A DNA stretch of 64,000 nt from Spirochaetota bacterium (GTDB taxonomy: Bacteria > Spirochaetota > UBA4802 > UBA5550): assembly GCA_963663865.1 (NCBI GenBank), contig OY760686.1, positions 3,088,590-3,152,589 of the forward strand. Reading direction: 5' to 3'. Position 1 is the stretch's first letter, and every line of letters starts with the position of its first letter. The position numbers were made by a program, and so were the translations under genes. The notes beneath the pieces are model-generated. The model ran no database searches. It was not told where the DNA came from and saw only the letters and a list, made by a program, of their open reading frames with translations. Shown here piece by piece: positions 39,166 to 49,382 of the stretch.

Positions 39166-40149
39166 TTACTTTCGGGATTTTTTAAAAAAATCTTCGAACA
39201 GGTTCCTGTCAATTTTAATGAGCCTTGTCCGTATTTCAGTAAGATTTTCAAAGGAGTAGCTCTGAAACTCGAAGTAGTCAATGAGCCACAGGTACTTGTT
39301 TATAAGGCGGGGCACAACATTTGATTCCTCAATCTGGTCTCTGTTCATTCGCTGATAGTTCATTTCCAGCCTGTAAATATCGTCCTTAATGGATTCGACC
39401 TGCCTCTCCTGAAGGTTTTTTCTCACATAGAACACATCCTCAATAAATCCGTAGACAGGAATCCATTCCCTGACATCTCCCTGACCGGGACAACGGGCGA
39501 GGACAATCTCCTTAAGGCGGACTACCGGCTCGGCGGTTATCATGCTTAAATCAATATCAGAAGGATTTACAAAGAATGCTTCCTTAAAAAGCCACAGACT
39601 TTTGGGGATATCGCCTGTATGGAAAAAAGCTTCGCCAAGAATTGAAAGAAGCCTGGCATTGCTGTTATACGACCTGCCGGCATATTCGAGGGTCTCTATT
39701 GCCTTCTCATAATCGCCCAGCTTAAGAAAGCACTCGCCCAGGTTGAGAAGTAAATCAAAGTTGTCTGCGGTCTCTTCCTGATTCAGAAAAGCCTTTCGGT
39801 AATTTTCAGAGGCTCTGTAAAAAACATGTTTCATCGCGGCCCGATAGGCTGAAGAGTTATACATGCGGGATTCGGCCGCGTACTCTTCAAAAGCCTTCCA
39901 CTCCGCCATCAGGAAGTCAGCTGTTTTTTTTCCCTCAGGTAATGACTCAAACTCCGGCACCCGGTTCTGCCAGAAGCGGGACGTCCTGTAAGACTCTATC
40001 AGGCCCGGATAGTCAGGATTGGCGGACATCAGCCTGTCCAGCAGAAGCACGGCCTGCCCGAATCTGCCTTCCTCAATAAGCGAATAGACCTCTCCGGCTG
40101 AATTCAGCACCGGATCATCCGAAAATGTCATCTGACCATTATTATCCAT
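39166..40149 (-). CDS. TPR-repeat protein
   Basis: Multiple 34-aa helical repeats with W/L/G/Y/A/F/A/P pattern. Confidence 0.6.
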   Translation of the reverse strand: MDNNGQMTFSDDPVLNSAGEVYSLIEEGRFGQAVLLLDRLMSANPDYPGLIESYRTSRFWQNRVPEFESLPEGKKTADFLMAEWKAFEEYAAESRMYNSSAYRAAMKHVFYRASENYRKAFLNQEETADNFDLLLNLGECFLKLGDYEKAIETLEYAGRSYNSNARLLSILGEAFFHTGDIPKSLWLFKEAFFVNPSDIDLSMITAEPVVRLKEIVLARCPGQGDVREWIPVYGFIEDVFYVRKNLQERQVESIKDDIYRLEMNYQRMNRDQIEESNVVPRLINKYLWLIDYFEFQSYSFENLTEIRTRLIKIDRNLFEDFFKKSRK

Positions 40150-40150
40150 A

Positions 40151-42214
40151 TTACGATTTAAGCCTGATTAAGTTTCCCCAGCCTTCATTCACTTCCTGAT
40201 GTGTAAATACTATAACCTGTCTTTCGCCGGACACCCTTGCAATTTCCTCCCTGAGGCGCTCCGCCCTTTCTCCATCCATATACAGAAAAGGTTCATCCAG
40301 AATCAGAGGAAGGGGACATCCCGAGGAAGAGAGAAATTCCGTAAGTGCAATTTTCACAGAAAGCACCAGATTGTATGTCGCTGCAGGGTTTAACCTGTTA
40401 ATAAAACCGCTGCTTGCAAGCAGAGCGTCAACTGTTTTTTCATCTATTGAATCTTCGAGCGAACGCCCTGTTAACCCGTTATATATTTTGAAAGCACTCC
40501 CGACAAGACGGTCCAGATTCATCTTTTCCCTTGCATGAACCGTCTCAGCAAGACTGTCCAGAACAACCCTGAAAGCCCGTCGTCTCCTTATTGAGCTTTC
40601 AAGCCGATTCTCCAGGTATTCTTTTCTTTCTGTCAGAATACCCAGTTCGTCCGTCTTTTCATCTTCCGAGGCAATTTCCGCATCAATGCTGTCAACCAGT
40701 TTGCCCTTTTCGCGAACTGACCTTTCGGCTTCCGCAAGTTCTGACCGGACATCCCTTATACGCTGCTCAATCGCCGACGAATCAACTTCAGCGGACATAC
40801 CCTCGTTGACAGCAGAAAGGCCAGCCCGGATGTCAGCTGACAGCTTCCTGATTGAAGAGGTCAGCTTCCTGATTTCATTTACCATGCCATCCGCTTTCTC
40901 TTCAGCATCCAGAGCCTTCCTTGCCTTTTCAAGCTCGTTCATTCTTTCAGAATACTCTATAAAGTCTTCAAAATAGTGAACCAGAACTTCATAGAGCCCT
41001 CCCGGCCCGATATTATCTGAAGGCATGTCCTTTTTATCCAGCAGTTGACTGGCAAATTCAGCTTCAATCTCCCTGCCTCTTCTGCGAAGCCCCTCAATCC
41101 CCGGAGGCCCCGAACCGTTTTTCCACAGAAACCAGATAGCCGGGAAGAGCAAGACCGGAACCGCACCCATGACGGCTGTATGAAGTACATCAATTTTACC
41201 GAGAAGAAAACCCGAAAGAGCAAATCCCCCGGCTGCGAGAAAGATGAATGCTAAAAGTCCCGAAAAAAGACGTTTCTTAAGTAAGGCTCTTGAAGTCATT
41301 TCCTCAACGAGCTCATTATTTTCCCTGTATTCGTTAAACAGACCCTGCAGGTTATCAAGGCCTGTAACATCCCTGCCGCGGAACTGGCTGAAATTTTCAT
41401 CAATATCTTTTTCAATTTTTTTTGCAGTCGCCGCCCTGTCTTTCACAACCGCCAGCCTTTCCTCAACCGCCTTTAACTCTTTTTTCTGGTTTTCAACTTT
41501 TACCGCTTCATTATGAAAAGCTCGCAGCCGATCAATCACCTCATTAAGCCTTGAGATATCATCGTTGAGTCCGGCAATCTCCTGTTGAAGGACAGCCTTT
41601 TCTTTTTCAAGCTTTGTTGTTTTAAGCTGTTTGATACGAATGAGCTCACAATCTCTCTGAACGAGCTTGAGTTCCGACGCAAGCTCATCGTTAGCCTTAT
41701 CAATTCTTTTTTCACCTTTACCGCCAGAGGTAAACGAATCTAACAGCTTCTGATACAGCGATGAATAGCCATGATACTCCCCGGAGACGAGCGACCGGAC
41801 AGCATTGTAGTCAAGAATACCGGGCATGTTGAGTTCGGAAGCCGAAGGCATGAAACATGCGGTTGTATAGCTCCACCTGTCAATGCCGGCATCAAAAACA
41901 GCGCCATAGGCAGTGCACTCTGAAGGCAATGAAGCTTCAGACAAACAATCACCATCCTTCCAGCGCATCTTGAGGGCTGCCCCGTTCTCCTCTTTTTCAT
42001 GCATAAGTTCGATGTCCAGGCCAAGTGACTTCCAAACAGCTTCATCAAGCAGCCCGTCCCGGTCACGCCGCCAGATTGAGTCAATTAAGGACATTGCAAT
42101 GAGCGTCTTGCCGGAGCCGTTCCCGCCCTTTATTACGGAAAGCCCCCTGTCAGGTTCAAGTACGGCGTCTTCCGAAAGAAATTTACTTTTTATCACGCAT
42201 CTGCCGTACCGCAA
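40151..42214 (-). CDS. SMC/Rad50(SbcC)-like ABC ATPase with central transmembrane hairpin (SbcE/YhaN-like)
   Basis: Walker A GGNGSGKT at N-terminus, long coiled-coil, central hydrophobic hairpin LFSGLLAFIFLAAGGFALSGFLLG...AVMGAVPVLLFPAIWFLW, C-terminal signature/Walker B/D-loop LPLILDEPFLYMD...VIVFTHQ. Confidence 0.7.
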   Translation of the reverse strand: MRYGRCVIKSKFLSEDAVLEPDRGLSVIKGGNGSGKTLIAMSLIDSIWRRDRDGLLDEAVWKSLGLDIELMHEKEENGAALKMRWKDGDCLSEASLPSECTAYGAVFDAGIDRWSYTTACFMPSASELNMPGILDYNAVRSLVSGEYHGYSSLYQKLLDSFTSGGKGEKRIDKANDELASELKLVQRDCELIRIKQLKTTKLEKEKAVLQQEIAGLNDDISRLNEVIDRLRAFHNEAVKVENQKKELKAVEERLAVVKDRAATAKKIEKDIDENFSQFRGRDVTGLDNLQGLFNEYRENNELVEEMTSRALLKKRLFSGLLAFIFLAAGGFALSGFLLGKIDVLHTAVMGAVPVLLFPAIWFLWKNGSGPPGIEGLRRRGREIEAEFASQLLDKKDMPSDNIGPGGLYEVLVHYFEDFIEYSERMNELEKARKALDAEEKADGMVNEIRKLTSSIRKLSADIRAGLSAVNEGMSAEVDSSAIEQRIRDVRSELAEAERSVREKGKLVDSIDAEIASEDEKTDELGILTERKEYLENRLESSIRRRRAFRVVLDSLAETVHAREKMNLDRLVGSAFKIYNGLTGRSLEDSIDEKTVDALLASSGFINRLNPAATYNLVLSVKIALTEFLSSSGCPLPLILDEPFLYMDGERAERLREEIARVSGERQVIVFTHQEVNEGWGNLIRLKS

Positions 42215-43314
42215 AGCCAGTCCTCCAAATATATTTCATCGGATTTGATCAGTTTTAACGCTGAACAAACCTCTTCTTCCAGATTTACGTCCTCAGCAAG
42301 CCTTCTATCAACTGCAGCATAGAGGTCTCTTTCAATACAGTCCCGGCTGCCTGTTTCAGCAAGAAGAGCTCCAATCATCGGGATAGTCCTGTCTTCAAGC
42401 CTGAAGCCGCGGCAGAACTCCCCGATTTTTTTAAAAGTTTCTTCGCTTATCGGAAACTGCCTCACGCCTTCCAATATCACTGTGATTAAATCTTTTTCCG
42501 AGGATGAAGCCGCAAGTGACTCAATGATCTCCGTCGCGTTAAAAAGCCCGCTGCAGTTAAAAACCTCCTCCCTCAGCCTGACGCTGTTTACCGGCAGCCT
42601 CTTGAGCGCGGTCACTCCGCGCTCAGCGTTTATACAAAACGATACGACATATCTGTCGCCTCTTTCATCAGGCTTAACCGCCTCAGGACTCCCGGGATAT
42701 ACAGCCACTATTGAGTCAAACACCTTGAACATTTTAAAACTGTGATTCGACCCGAGGGCGTAAAATTCCATATCTGAAAGTCTGAACCCTGCCCGGGTTC
42801 TCTCCCTCTGGAAGTCGAAATTAAACAAACCCAGATGAAACCCGTCTGCCCCATTATCCCTCGGGGCGCACGCCGGGTTGTACTCGTCTGCCGAAGGAAC
42901 GCCGTAAATATTCAGAATCTGCCCCTGCTTCTCAAATCTGAACGGCCTTGGACAGACAGAATTTGCAAAGACGCATCCAGCGTTAAGGCTGTAAACAAAG
43001 GGTGCCGGCCGGCCGTCCGCCCCCTTCTCTCTTTTTCCCGGACAGTACGCGACAAGGACACCTTCTCCTGCAAGTTTTCCGAAAGCGGCCCTTACCTCAT
43101 CCTGCAGAGAACCGGCCGGGTCAGCGCTGTCAAACAGATCTCCAGCAAGGAGTAACACGTCATATTCTTCAGCAAGATGAGCGATGCGTTGAAAGGTTTC
43201 CATTCTCACTTCAGCGCTTATACCCGTCTGAGTGCAGTCAAGCCCCAGATGAAGGTCTGACGCAAGCATAATCCTGATATCTTCGGACTGTCCGTTCAAT
43301 ACGGGAACCTCCAT
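42193..43314 (-). CDS. calcineurin-like metallophosphoesterase, SbcD/Mre11-like nuclease (SbcF/YhaO-like)
   Basis: Start set at MEVPV; phosphoesterase motifs IMLASDLHLG and LLLAGDLFDS; 22-bp overlap with downstream ATPase gene. Confidence 0.7.
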   Translation of the reverse strand: MEVPVLNGQSEDIRIMLASDLHLGLDCTQTGISAEVRMETFQRIAHLAEEYDVLLLAGDLFDSADPAGSLQDEVRAAFGKLAGEGVLVAYCPGKREKGADGRPAPFVYSLNAGCVFANSVCPRPFRFEKQGQILNIYGVPSADEYNPACAPRDNGADGFHLGLFNFDFQRERTRAGFRLSDMEFYALGSNHSFKMFKVFDSIVAVYPGSPEAVKPDERGDRYVVSFCINAERGVTALKRLPVNSVRLREEVFNCSGLFNATEIIESLAASSSEKDLITVILEGVRQFPISEETFKKIGEFCRGFRLEDRTIPMIGALLAETGSRDCIERDLYAAVDRRLAEDVNLEEEVCSALKLIKSDEIYLEDWLCGTADA

Positions 43315-43437
43315 ATATATATTTATATTAACAGGGGCATTCACAGCTCCGGCAATATTTTTATTGACAAATACCCCTGAAAACAGGCCTCTACTCAAAG
43401 AGCAGATAATACACACAAAAACCGAGATATTAACAAC

Positions 43438-44463
43438 ATGGAACAAAATAGCAGAAACAAAAATAGATATCAATTCAAATACTTTAATACAGCCGGCAGA
43501 ATAGCACTTATTTTTTTAGCCGGCTTCTCTCTTTACCTTTTCATATCAACCGCAATGATAATATTCCTGACCAGACCCGCGAAGGAAGTGAAAATACCTG
43601 ATATAATCGGAGAACAGTTCACTGATATTTACAACAGCCTCCAGAGAAAAGGGCTTAAAGCCGATGTCAGCTTTTCAGATGTACATGATATTGACAACGG
43701 AATAATTCTCAATCAAAATCCGCAGGCCGGCAAAATAGTTCCAGAAGGCTCATCAATAAATCTGCTCGTCAGCAGAAGCTCTTTCCGGATTGACGTGCCC
43801 AACCTGGTCGGCGCTGAACTGCCGGTTGCTGTCAACAGGCTTCAGAACCTTCACTATCACGACAAGAGCATATCAATCTGTACGGGCGCCGTTTCGTATA
43901 TACCCAGCGATAAAAGCGCTGAAAATATCGTAATTGCTCAAAGTCCGGCTGCTGGAGAGAAAATAACGCCGGACAGAAAGGTAAACCTTCTTGTTTCAGC
44001 CGGCAAAACAGGTAACGATATGACCATGCCGGAAGTAACAGGCCAGTCGATTCACCTGTGTTACAATTTGCTCGCGGCAAAGGGCGTTTCAGTGCTTCAG
44101 GAAATAGTTCCCGTCTACAACATCGCCCAAAGCGGACAGGTTGCCTACCAGAAACCCGCTGCGGGAGCCCGGCTTACTGAAGGATACAATGTTGTCCTGG
44201 GAGTCAGCCTTTACGCATTAAAGGGGCACCCCTATACCGCTTATGAGAACTTCACATTTACACTGCCGGCCAATTCAGGCGAAGGAACATATCAGGTTGT
44301 CGTTGAAGACAACAGTTCGACAAGGACTATTTATTCCGCAAAGTTGACGTCAGGCGGCAAAATATCTGCTGTGTTCAAAAGGACAGGCAACGCAAAAATC
44401 ACAGTAATGAAAGACAAAAAGAGCATACAGGTAATCGGAATCAATGTTGATGAATACAAATAA
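43438..44463 (+). CDS. membrane-anchored PASTA-domain protein (3 PASTA repeats, no kinase domain)
   Basis: N-terminal TM helix then three about 65-aa repeats with P(D/N)(I/L)(I/V)G...A...L..G PASTA pattern. Confidence 0.6.
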   Translation: MEQNSRNKNRYQFKYFNTAGRIALIFLAGFSLYLFISTAMIIFLTRPAKEVKIPDIIGEQFTDIYNSLQRKGLKADVSFSDVHDIDNGIILNQNPQAGKIVPEGSSINLLVSRSSFRIDVPNLVGAELPVAVNRLQNLHYHDKSISICTGAVSYIPSDKSAENIVIAQSPAAGEKITPDRKVNLLVSAGKTGNDMTMPEVTGQSIHLCYNLLAAKGVSVLQEIVPVYNIAQSGQVAYQKPAAGARLTEGYNVVLGVSLYALKGHPYTAYENFTFTLPANSGEGTYQVVVEDNSSTRTIYSAKLTSGGKISAVFKRTGNAKITVMKDKKSIQVIGINVDEYK

Positions 44464-45127
44464 ACAGAATCCAGTAAAGATATCTCCTTCCATAATCGCG
44501 TCTGATCTAACCGTAATGGGAGAAACAGTCCGAAGCATGGATCCGGGAATAATTGACCTGCTTCACATGGATGTCATGGATGGAGTTTTTGTTCCGAACC
44601 TGACTTTCGGTCCGTCATATATCCATTCGCTTTCCGGTAAAACATCTATTCCTCTGGATGTGCATCTTATGATAGAAAAGCCCGAAAACAGCATTGATGA
44701 ATATATCGCCCTCAGCCCCTGGTGCATAACGATACACTACGAAAGCACGAGATTTCCGGCCAGAATTATGCAGAAAGTACGCGAAAATGGTATAAAGAGC
44801 GCTGTATCAATCAACCCGGCTACCCCTGTAGAAGCTATTTTTGATATCATTCCATTTGCAGACATGGTCCTCATAATGTCAGTCGATCCTGGGTTTTATG
44901 GACAGAAGTTCATGCTTCCGGCTCTTAAGCGTATCAAAACCCTTAAAGCTCACATCGCGGCCAACAAACCGGAAACACTCATCCAGGTAGACGGCGGTAT
45001 AAACCTTGATAATATCAAAAAAGTAACAGAAGCCGGCGCTGATATAGTTGTTGCCGGTGGTTCAGCCTTTTCCGGCGGTGATGTAAATACTAACGTCAGG
45101 GCCCTCAAGGAAGCAGCGCAATCTTAA
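44444..45127 (+). CDS. rpe: ribulose-phosphate 3-epimerase
   Basis: [29 protein letters not shown] motifs; exact start uncertain (overlaps upstream gene by 20 nt). Confidence 0.85.
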   Translation: MLMNTNKQNPVKISPSIIASDLTVMGETVRSMDPGIIDLLHMDVMDGVFVPNLTFGPSYIHSLSGKTSIPLDVHLMIEKPENSIDEYIALSPWCITIHYESTRFPARIMQKVRENGIKSAVSINPATPVEAIFDIIPFADMVLIMSVDPGFYGQKFMLPALKRIKTLKAHIAANKPETLIQVDGGINLDNIKKVTEAGADIVVAGGSAFSGGDVNTNVRALKEAAQS

Positions 45128-45212
45128 TAATTTGAGCAACACTCACATTAATGTTGACAAAATAAACACCTTAAAAATACTTTACTCCCTAAATATACTT
45201 GGAGGTACAGAC

Positions 45213-45476
45213 GTGGCGGTTAAAATACGCTTGCAGCGATTTGGAACAAAGAAAAGACCGTTCTACCGCGTAGTTGCAGTAGACAGCAGACAGAAGCGGG
45301 ACGGCGGAGTAATAGAGTACATCGGAAAGTATCAGCCGATTGTCAGCGGACAGCAGTTTGATATAGATGAAGAAAAAGTGCTGAAATGGCTCGGCGTCGG
45401 AGCTCAGCCAACAGATACAATGCTCGACCTTCTGAAAAAAAACGGGATCTGGAAAAAGCACACGGCTTCTAACTAA
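45213..45476 (+). CDS. rpsP: 30S ribosomal protein S16
   Basis: GTG start 8 nt after GGAGG; [26 protein letters not shown] canonical S16 N-terminus; promoter-like TTGACA at 45161. Confidence 0.9.
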   Translation: MAVKIRLQRFGTKKRPFYRVVAVDSRQKRDGGVIEYIGKYQPIVSGQQFDIDEEKVLKWLGVGAQPTDTMLDLLKKNGIWKKHTASN

Positions 45477-45493
45477 TCTATCAGGGGGCGGTA

Positions 45494-45730
45494 ATGGACT
45501 GCAAAGAGCTTGTTTTATTCATGGTTAAGTCTCTTGTTGACAACCCGGATCAGGTTGAAATTAATGAAATAGAGGGCGAAAAGTCCACTATTCTTGAATT
45601 GAAAGTCACCCGGGAAGATATAGGAAAGGTTATTGGAAAGCACGGGCGGATTGCCAGAGCAATTAGAACGATAATTAATGCCTCGGCCACTAAAACAGGT
45701 AAAAGGGTAGTTTTGGAAATCCTGGATTGA
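45494..45730 (+). CDS. KH-domain RNA-binding protein (YlqC/UPF0109 family)
   Basis: VIGKHGRIARAIRTI KH GxxG motif; conserved position after rpsP. Confidence 0.8.
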   Translation: MDCKELVLFMVKSLVDNPDQVEINEIEGEKSTILELKVTREDIGKVIGKHGRIARAIRTIINASATKTGKRVVLEILD

Positions 45731-46260
45731 ACGGTAATAACGAATATCTCAGAATAGCGAGAATCACAGGCGCCCATTCCCTGAAGGGTGCACTTAAGAT
45801 TCAGTTACATACTGACAATCCGGAAAGATTCAGTCCTGGTGAAGTTATTTTTCTTGAAATAGGCGGCAGCTTTACCAGGTATCAGATTGAGGGTTTCAAC
45901 CTTAATCCCGGCAGCAATTCAATTTTGAAGCTTGAAGGATTGAATAACCGGACAGATGCCGAACAGCTGAAGGGAATTGAGATTTTTATCACCAGAGAGC
46001 AGGCTGAAGCGACAAGAAACCTGCTGGGTGATGATTCATTCTACTATTACGACCTCATTGATTGCGAGGTCATGATCAACGGAAAGCTTTTCGGCAGGGT
46101 ACTCGACCTGATGGAAGCTGGATCCGGACAGATACTGATTGTCAAGGGTATTCAGGGAAGACGCTTTATGATTCCCTTTGTTAAAGAGATTGTAAATACA
46201 GACCTGATTAACAGCAGGAGGCTGATTGTAACACCTCCAGAGGGACTGCTTGAAGTTTAA
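45727..46260 (+). CDS. rimM: ribosome maturation factor RimM
   Basis: RIARITGAHSLKGALKIQ N-terminal RimM motif plus PRC barrel; conserved synteny. Confidence 0.85.
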   Translation: MNGNNEYLRIARITGAHSLKGALKIQLHTDNPERFSPGEVIFLEIGGSFTRYQIEGFNLNPGSNSILKLEGLNNRTDAEQLKGIEIFITREQAEATRNLLGDDSFYYYDLIDCEVMINGKLFGRVLDLMEAGSGQILIVKGIQGRRFMIPFVKEIVNTDLINSRRLIVTPPEGLLEV

Positions 46261-46945
46261 CATTTTGACCCTGTTCCCGGATTTTTTTGATTCGCCGTTA
46301 AAGTCCAGTCTTATCGGGAAGGCGGCAGAGTCCGGCATAATTGAGTTCAATATTGTTGATATCCGAAACTATTCGGAAGATAAACACCGCAGATGTGATG
46401 ATTATCCCTACGGGGGCGGTTGCGGAATGGTAATGACACCCGGGCCTGTATTCGGTGCAATGGAAGCGCTGAGTGGGCCTTCGAGGGTGATACTGGCTTC
46501 AGCAAGCGGGAAGCCTTTGAACCAGTCTCTTGTAAGAGAGCTCTGTACAGAAGAGGCGATCACGGTTATATGCGGGCATTACGAGGGTATTGATCAGCGT
46601 GTAATCGAAAAATATGTGGACGACGAGATATCCATAGGCGATTATGTACTGTCGGGCGGTGAATATGCTGCTCTTGTAATAGCGGATTCTGTGAGCAGGT
46701 TTGTACCGGGATTTATGTCCAACACCGCCTCTCTCGAAGATGAAAGCTATGAGAATGGCCTTCTCGAGTACCCGCAGTACACAAGGCCGGAGGAAATTAA
46801 CGGCCTCAAAGTGCCCGAAGTGCTGCTTAGCGGGCATCACGAGAAGATTGAGAAGTGGCGAAGCACTAAGAGACTTGATAAAACAAGGGATGTTAGGCCC
46901 GATTTATATAAAAATTTCATACTGAAACAAATAACAGGAGATTAA
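46250..46945 (+). CDS. trmD: tRNA (guanine37-N1)-methyltransferase
   Basis: [13 protein letters not shown] start, SPOUT fold motifs, synteny. Confidence 0.9.
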   Translation: MKFNILTLFPDFFDSPLKSSLIGKAAESGIIEFNIVDIRNYSEDKHRRCDDYPYGGGCGMVMTPGPVFGAMEALSGPSRVILASASGKPLNQSLVRELCTEEAITVICGHYEGIDQRVIEKYVDDEISIGDYVLSGGEYAALVIADSVSRFVPGFMSNTASLEDESYENGLLEYPQYTRPEEINGLKVPEVLLSGHHEKIEKWRSTKRLDKTRDVRPDLYKNFILKQITGD

Positions 46946-46950
46946 AGAAA

Positions 46951-47376
46951 ATGGACATCATCCAGGCAATAGAAAAGGAACTGACCATCAATGACAGGCA
47001 GGTAAATTTTGAAATTGGCGATACCGTTAAGGTTCACTACAAAATCATTGAGGGAAACCGTGAGCGTATTCAGATATTCGAAGGAATAGTAATAGCTATT
47101 GATGGGAAAGGAACAAACAAGACCTTTACCGTCAGAAAGATTTCCTTTGATGTAGGTGTTGAAAGAATTTTCCCGCTCAATTCCACCAAGATTGCCGATC
47201 TTGAAGTTGTCCGAAAAGGCAAAGTCAGGCGAGCTAAGCTTTATTTCCTCCGTGAAAGAACCGGTAAATCTGCCAAGCTCAAGGAAAGAAGAATGGCTTC
47301 TCCGGCGAAAAAAAGCGTCGAGAAAGCTGAGCCTGTACAATCTGAAGCGGCTGAGGCTTCAACGGATCAGGCATAA
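46951..47376 (+). CDS. rplS: 50S ribosomal protein L19 (with short C-terminal extension)
   Basis: [30 protein letters not shown] canonical L19. Confidence 0.9.
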   Translation: MDIIQAIEKELTINDRQVNFEIGDTVKVHYKIIEGNRERIQIFEGIVIAIDGKGTNKTFTVRKISFDVGVERIFPLNSTKIADLEVVRKGKVRRAKLYFLRERTGKSAKLKERRMASPAKKSVEKAEPVQSEAAEASTDQA

Positions 47377-47383
47377 TTAACGG

Positions 47384-48079
47384 GTGATGTCTTCATCATC
47401 GAGTCTACTAAAAAAGGCGGTAACCGAAGGTTCCGCCTTTTCTCTTATTCCTGATTTCTCTATTGAGTTAGAACTCGCTAATGCCGGATATTCGCGGATT
47501 GCGGGCATAGACGAAGCAGGCAGAGGGGCGCTTGCCGGCCCTCTCGCGGTAGGAATATGCATGTTCCCGGCAGAAATGTTTATATCCCCCCCCCATGAAT
47601 TAAATCAGGTAGACGACTCAAAAAAGCTTACTCCAACGCAGAGAGAGTTTTGTTTCAAAACTGTCGCTAATATGGCTGAATACTACAGGACTGAATTCAT
47701 TTGCCATGGAGAGGTTGACCGCTTTAATGTTAACGGCGCTACAGGTGAAGCGATCAGGCGTATAGTTGATTCGATGAAGATTAAACCCGACATTTTGTTA
47801 ATTGACGGAAATATGAAATTTGACCTGCCCGTCCATTCTATCTCTATTAAGTCAGGAGATAAAAAATCACTGTCTATTGCAGCCGCTTCGATTGCCGCAA
47901 AATTCCAGAGAGATCTGACAATGGAAAGGCTTGATACACTTTTCCCATGCTATGGATTTTCAAAACACAAGGGTTACGGAACCTCCAGTCATTTCAAAGC
48001 GATTTGCGAAATGGGCGCTTCGGCGATTCACCGCAGGTCATATGAACCAATAAAAAGCATGAATACGCGGGGTGAATAG
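47384..48079 (+). CDS. rnhB: ribonuclease HII
   Basis: IAGIDEAGRGALAGPLAVG catalytic motif. Confidence 0.85.
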   Translation: MMSSSSSLLKKAVTEGSAFSLIPDFSIELELANAGYSRIAGIDEAGRGALAGPLAVGICMFPAEMFISPPHELNQVDDSKKLTPTQREFCFKTVANMAEYYRTEFICHGEVDRFNVNGATGEAIRRIVDSMKIKPDILLIDGNMKFDLPVHSISIKSGDKKSLSIAAASIAAKFQRDLTMERLDTLFPCYGFSKHKGYGTSSHFKAICEMGASAIHRRSYEPIKSMNTRGE

Positions 48080-48085
48080 TCTGCA

Positions 48086-49084
48086 ATGGATTTAACCGGG
48101 CGAATCAGCGCTTCTTCCAGTGACATAACTTTCAGCCGCCTTAACACAGGTGACATTCTGAGTGCAAAAATTATCGCCAGGAATTCGTCCACTGACGTTA
48201 CTCTTGAGATCGGAGGTCAGCGCATAAGGGCAAACTTTCCGGAAGGCGTGCCGTCAGGAAACAGCTTAACACTGATACTAAAGGAAAAAACTTCCGGCTA
48301 TTACCATTTCGGCGTTTACAGGCAAAACATATCTTCAGCTTTCTCAGAAGCATTTGGGATTAATGGCGGGAACCCACTTTTTTCAGCGCCCTACTCCTCA
48401 ATCCAGCAGCTTGCACAATACGTTTCCAGTGGAGCAATATCACCCTTTTATGTTTTTTCAATTCTTTCGGGTAAGAAACCAAACCACTCGGCCTGCAGAG
48501 AGATTGCTAAACTGTTAAATGTCCTGCTTAATGCCGGTTTTCCGTCTAAAAGCCTGGCACCACTTGCCGGAGCTGTCAATACCCGGACATTGACAGCTTT
48601 AAAAAACCGGACCGGTTTCCCCGATTTTTCTCATTCGGTGACTGATAATATCTTCGATATCGATGATATTATCAGTGATATCGAGTCCATTGAGAGCGAG
48701 AAGCACAGAAAACGTCTTATTTCCCTTTTTCTTCAACTTACACAAGAAAACAGCGAAGATGCCCTGTTGATCCGGAACGCCGATGAGTTTATCCCGGTCA
48801 AACTGTTGAGTAACAATGCTGAGTCCATATTACTGTCTGTCGAGTTCAGCGCTATTGGAGAAATAGACATACTTGCGGTCAAAACCTCGACAGGTATTTC
48901 CGCATCAATTATTTGCGACTGCGGAGAAGATATACTTTCAGATCTAAAAAAAATTGCTGTTGCTTTTCCTTTTAAGAATTGCAAAATAGACACTAAAATA
49001 GTTAATAGACAGCTATTTAAGGATAAATTGATTGAAATTATTTCTGATATAAGAACAAATAGCCTTGTTAACATAAAGGTCTGA
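48086..49084 (+). CDS. hypothetical protein (YlqG-position)
   Basis: 332 aa; occupies position of ylqG in Firmicutes-like rnhB-ylqG-ylqH arrangement. Confidence 0.5.
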   Translation: MDLTGRISASSSDITFSRLNTGDILSAKIIARNSSTDVTLEIGGQRIRANFPEGVPSGNSLTLILKEKTSGYYHFGVYRQNISSAFSEAFGINGGNPLFSAPYSSIQQLAQYVSSGAISPFYVFSILSGKKPNHSACREIAKLLNVLLNAGFPSKSLAPLAGAVNTRTLTALKNRTGFPDFSHSVTDNIFDIDDIISDIESIESEKHRKRLISLFLQLTQENSEDALLIRNADEFIPVKLLSNNAESILLSVEFSAIGEIDILAVKTSTGISASIICDCGEDILSDLKKIAVAFPFKNCKIDTKIVNRQLFKDKLIEIISDIRTNSLVNIKV

Positions 49085-49100
49085 TAGCGGAGATTATTTC

Positions 49101-49382
49101 TTGAAAACAGGTTTTGCCTTAACGTATGACGGGATCGTACCGCGGATAGCCGCATCAGCTGAGGGTGAGCTTGTTTCGCGCATGCTTGAGCTCGCTCGAA
49201 CCCATGACATCCCTGTATTAGAAGATCCGGATCTGGCTGAGTCGCTTTCAGTGCTCAACACAGGCGAAAGCATTCCTGAGGAGCTTTATATAGCTGTATC
49301 AGAGATACTCGCACAGTGCTATCAGATAAACAAAAAATTCAGAGACAAAATGAACCTCATAGGACTGCATAATAATGCCTGA
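49101..49382 (+). CDS. FlhB C-terminal domain paralogue (EscU/YscU/HrcU family, YlqH-like)
   Basis: 93 aa; ...THDIPVLEDPDLAESL...IPEELYIAVSEILAQCY resembles FlhB C-terminal autocleavage-domain fold. Confidence 0.6.
   Translation: MKTGFALTYDGIVPRIAASAEGELVSRMLELARTHDIPVLEDPDLAESLSVLNTGESIPEELYIAVSEILAQCYQINKKFRDKMNLIGLHNNA

Noticed and set aside
43315-43473. N-terminal 53-aa hydrophobic extension of the SbcD-like ORF (MISIFVSAILFHVVNIS...)
   Set aside because: The conserved phosphoesterase core begins right after the internal Met (MEVPV...IMLASDLHLG); the extension is AT-rich promoter-like sequence and also overlaps the divergent PASTA gene start.
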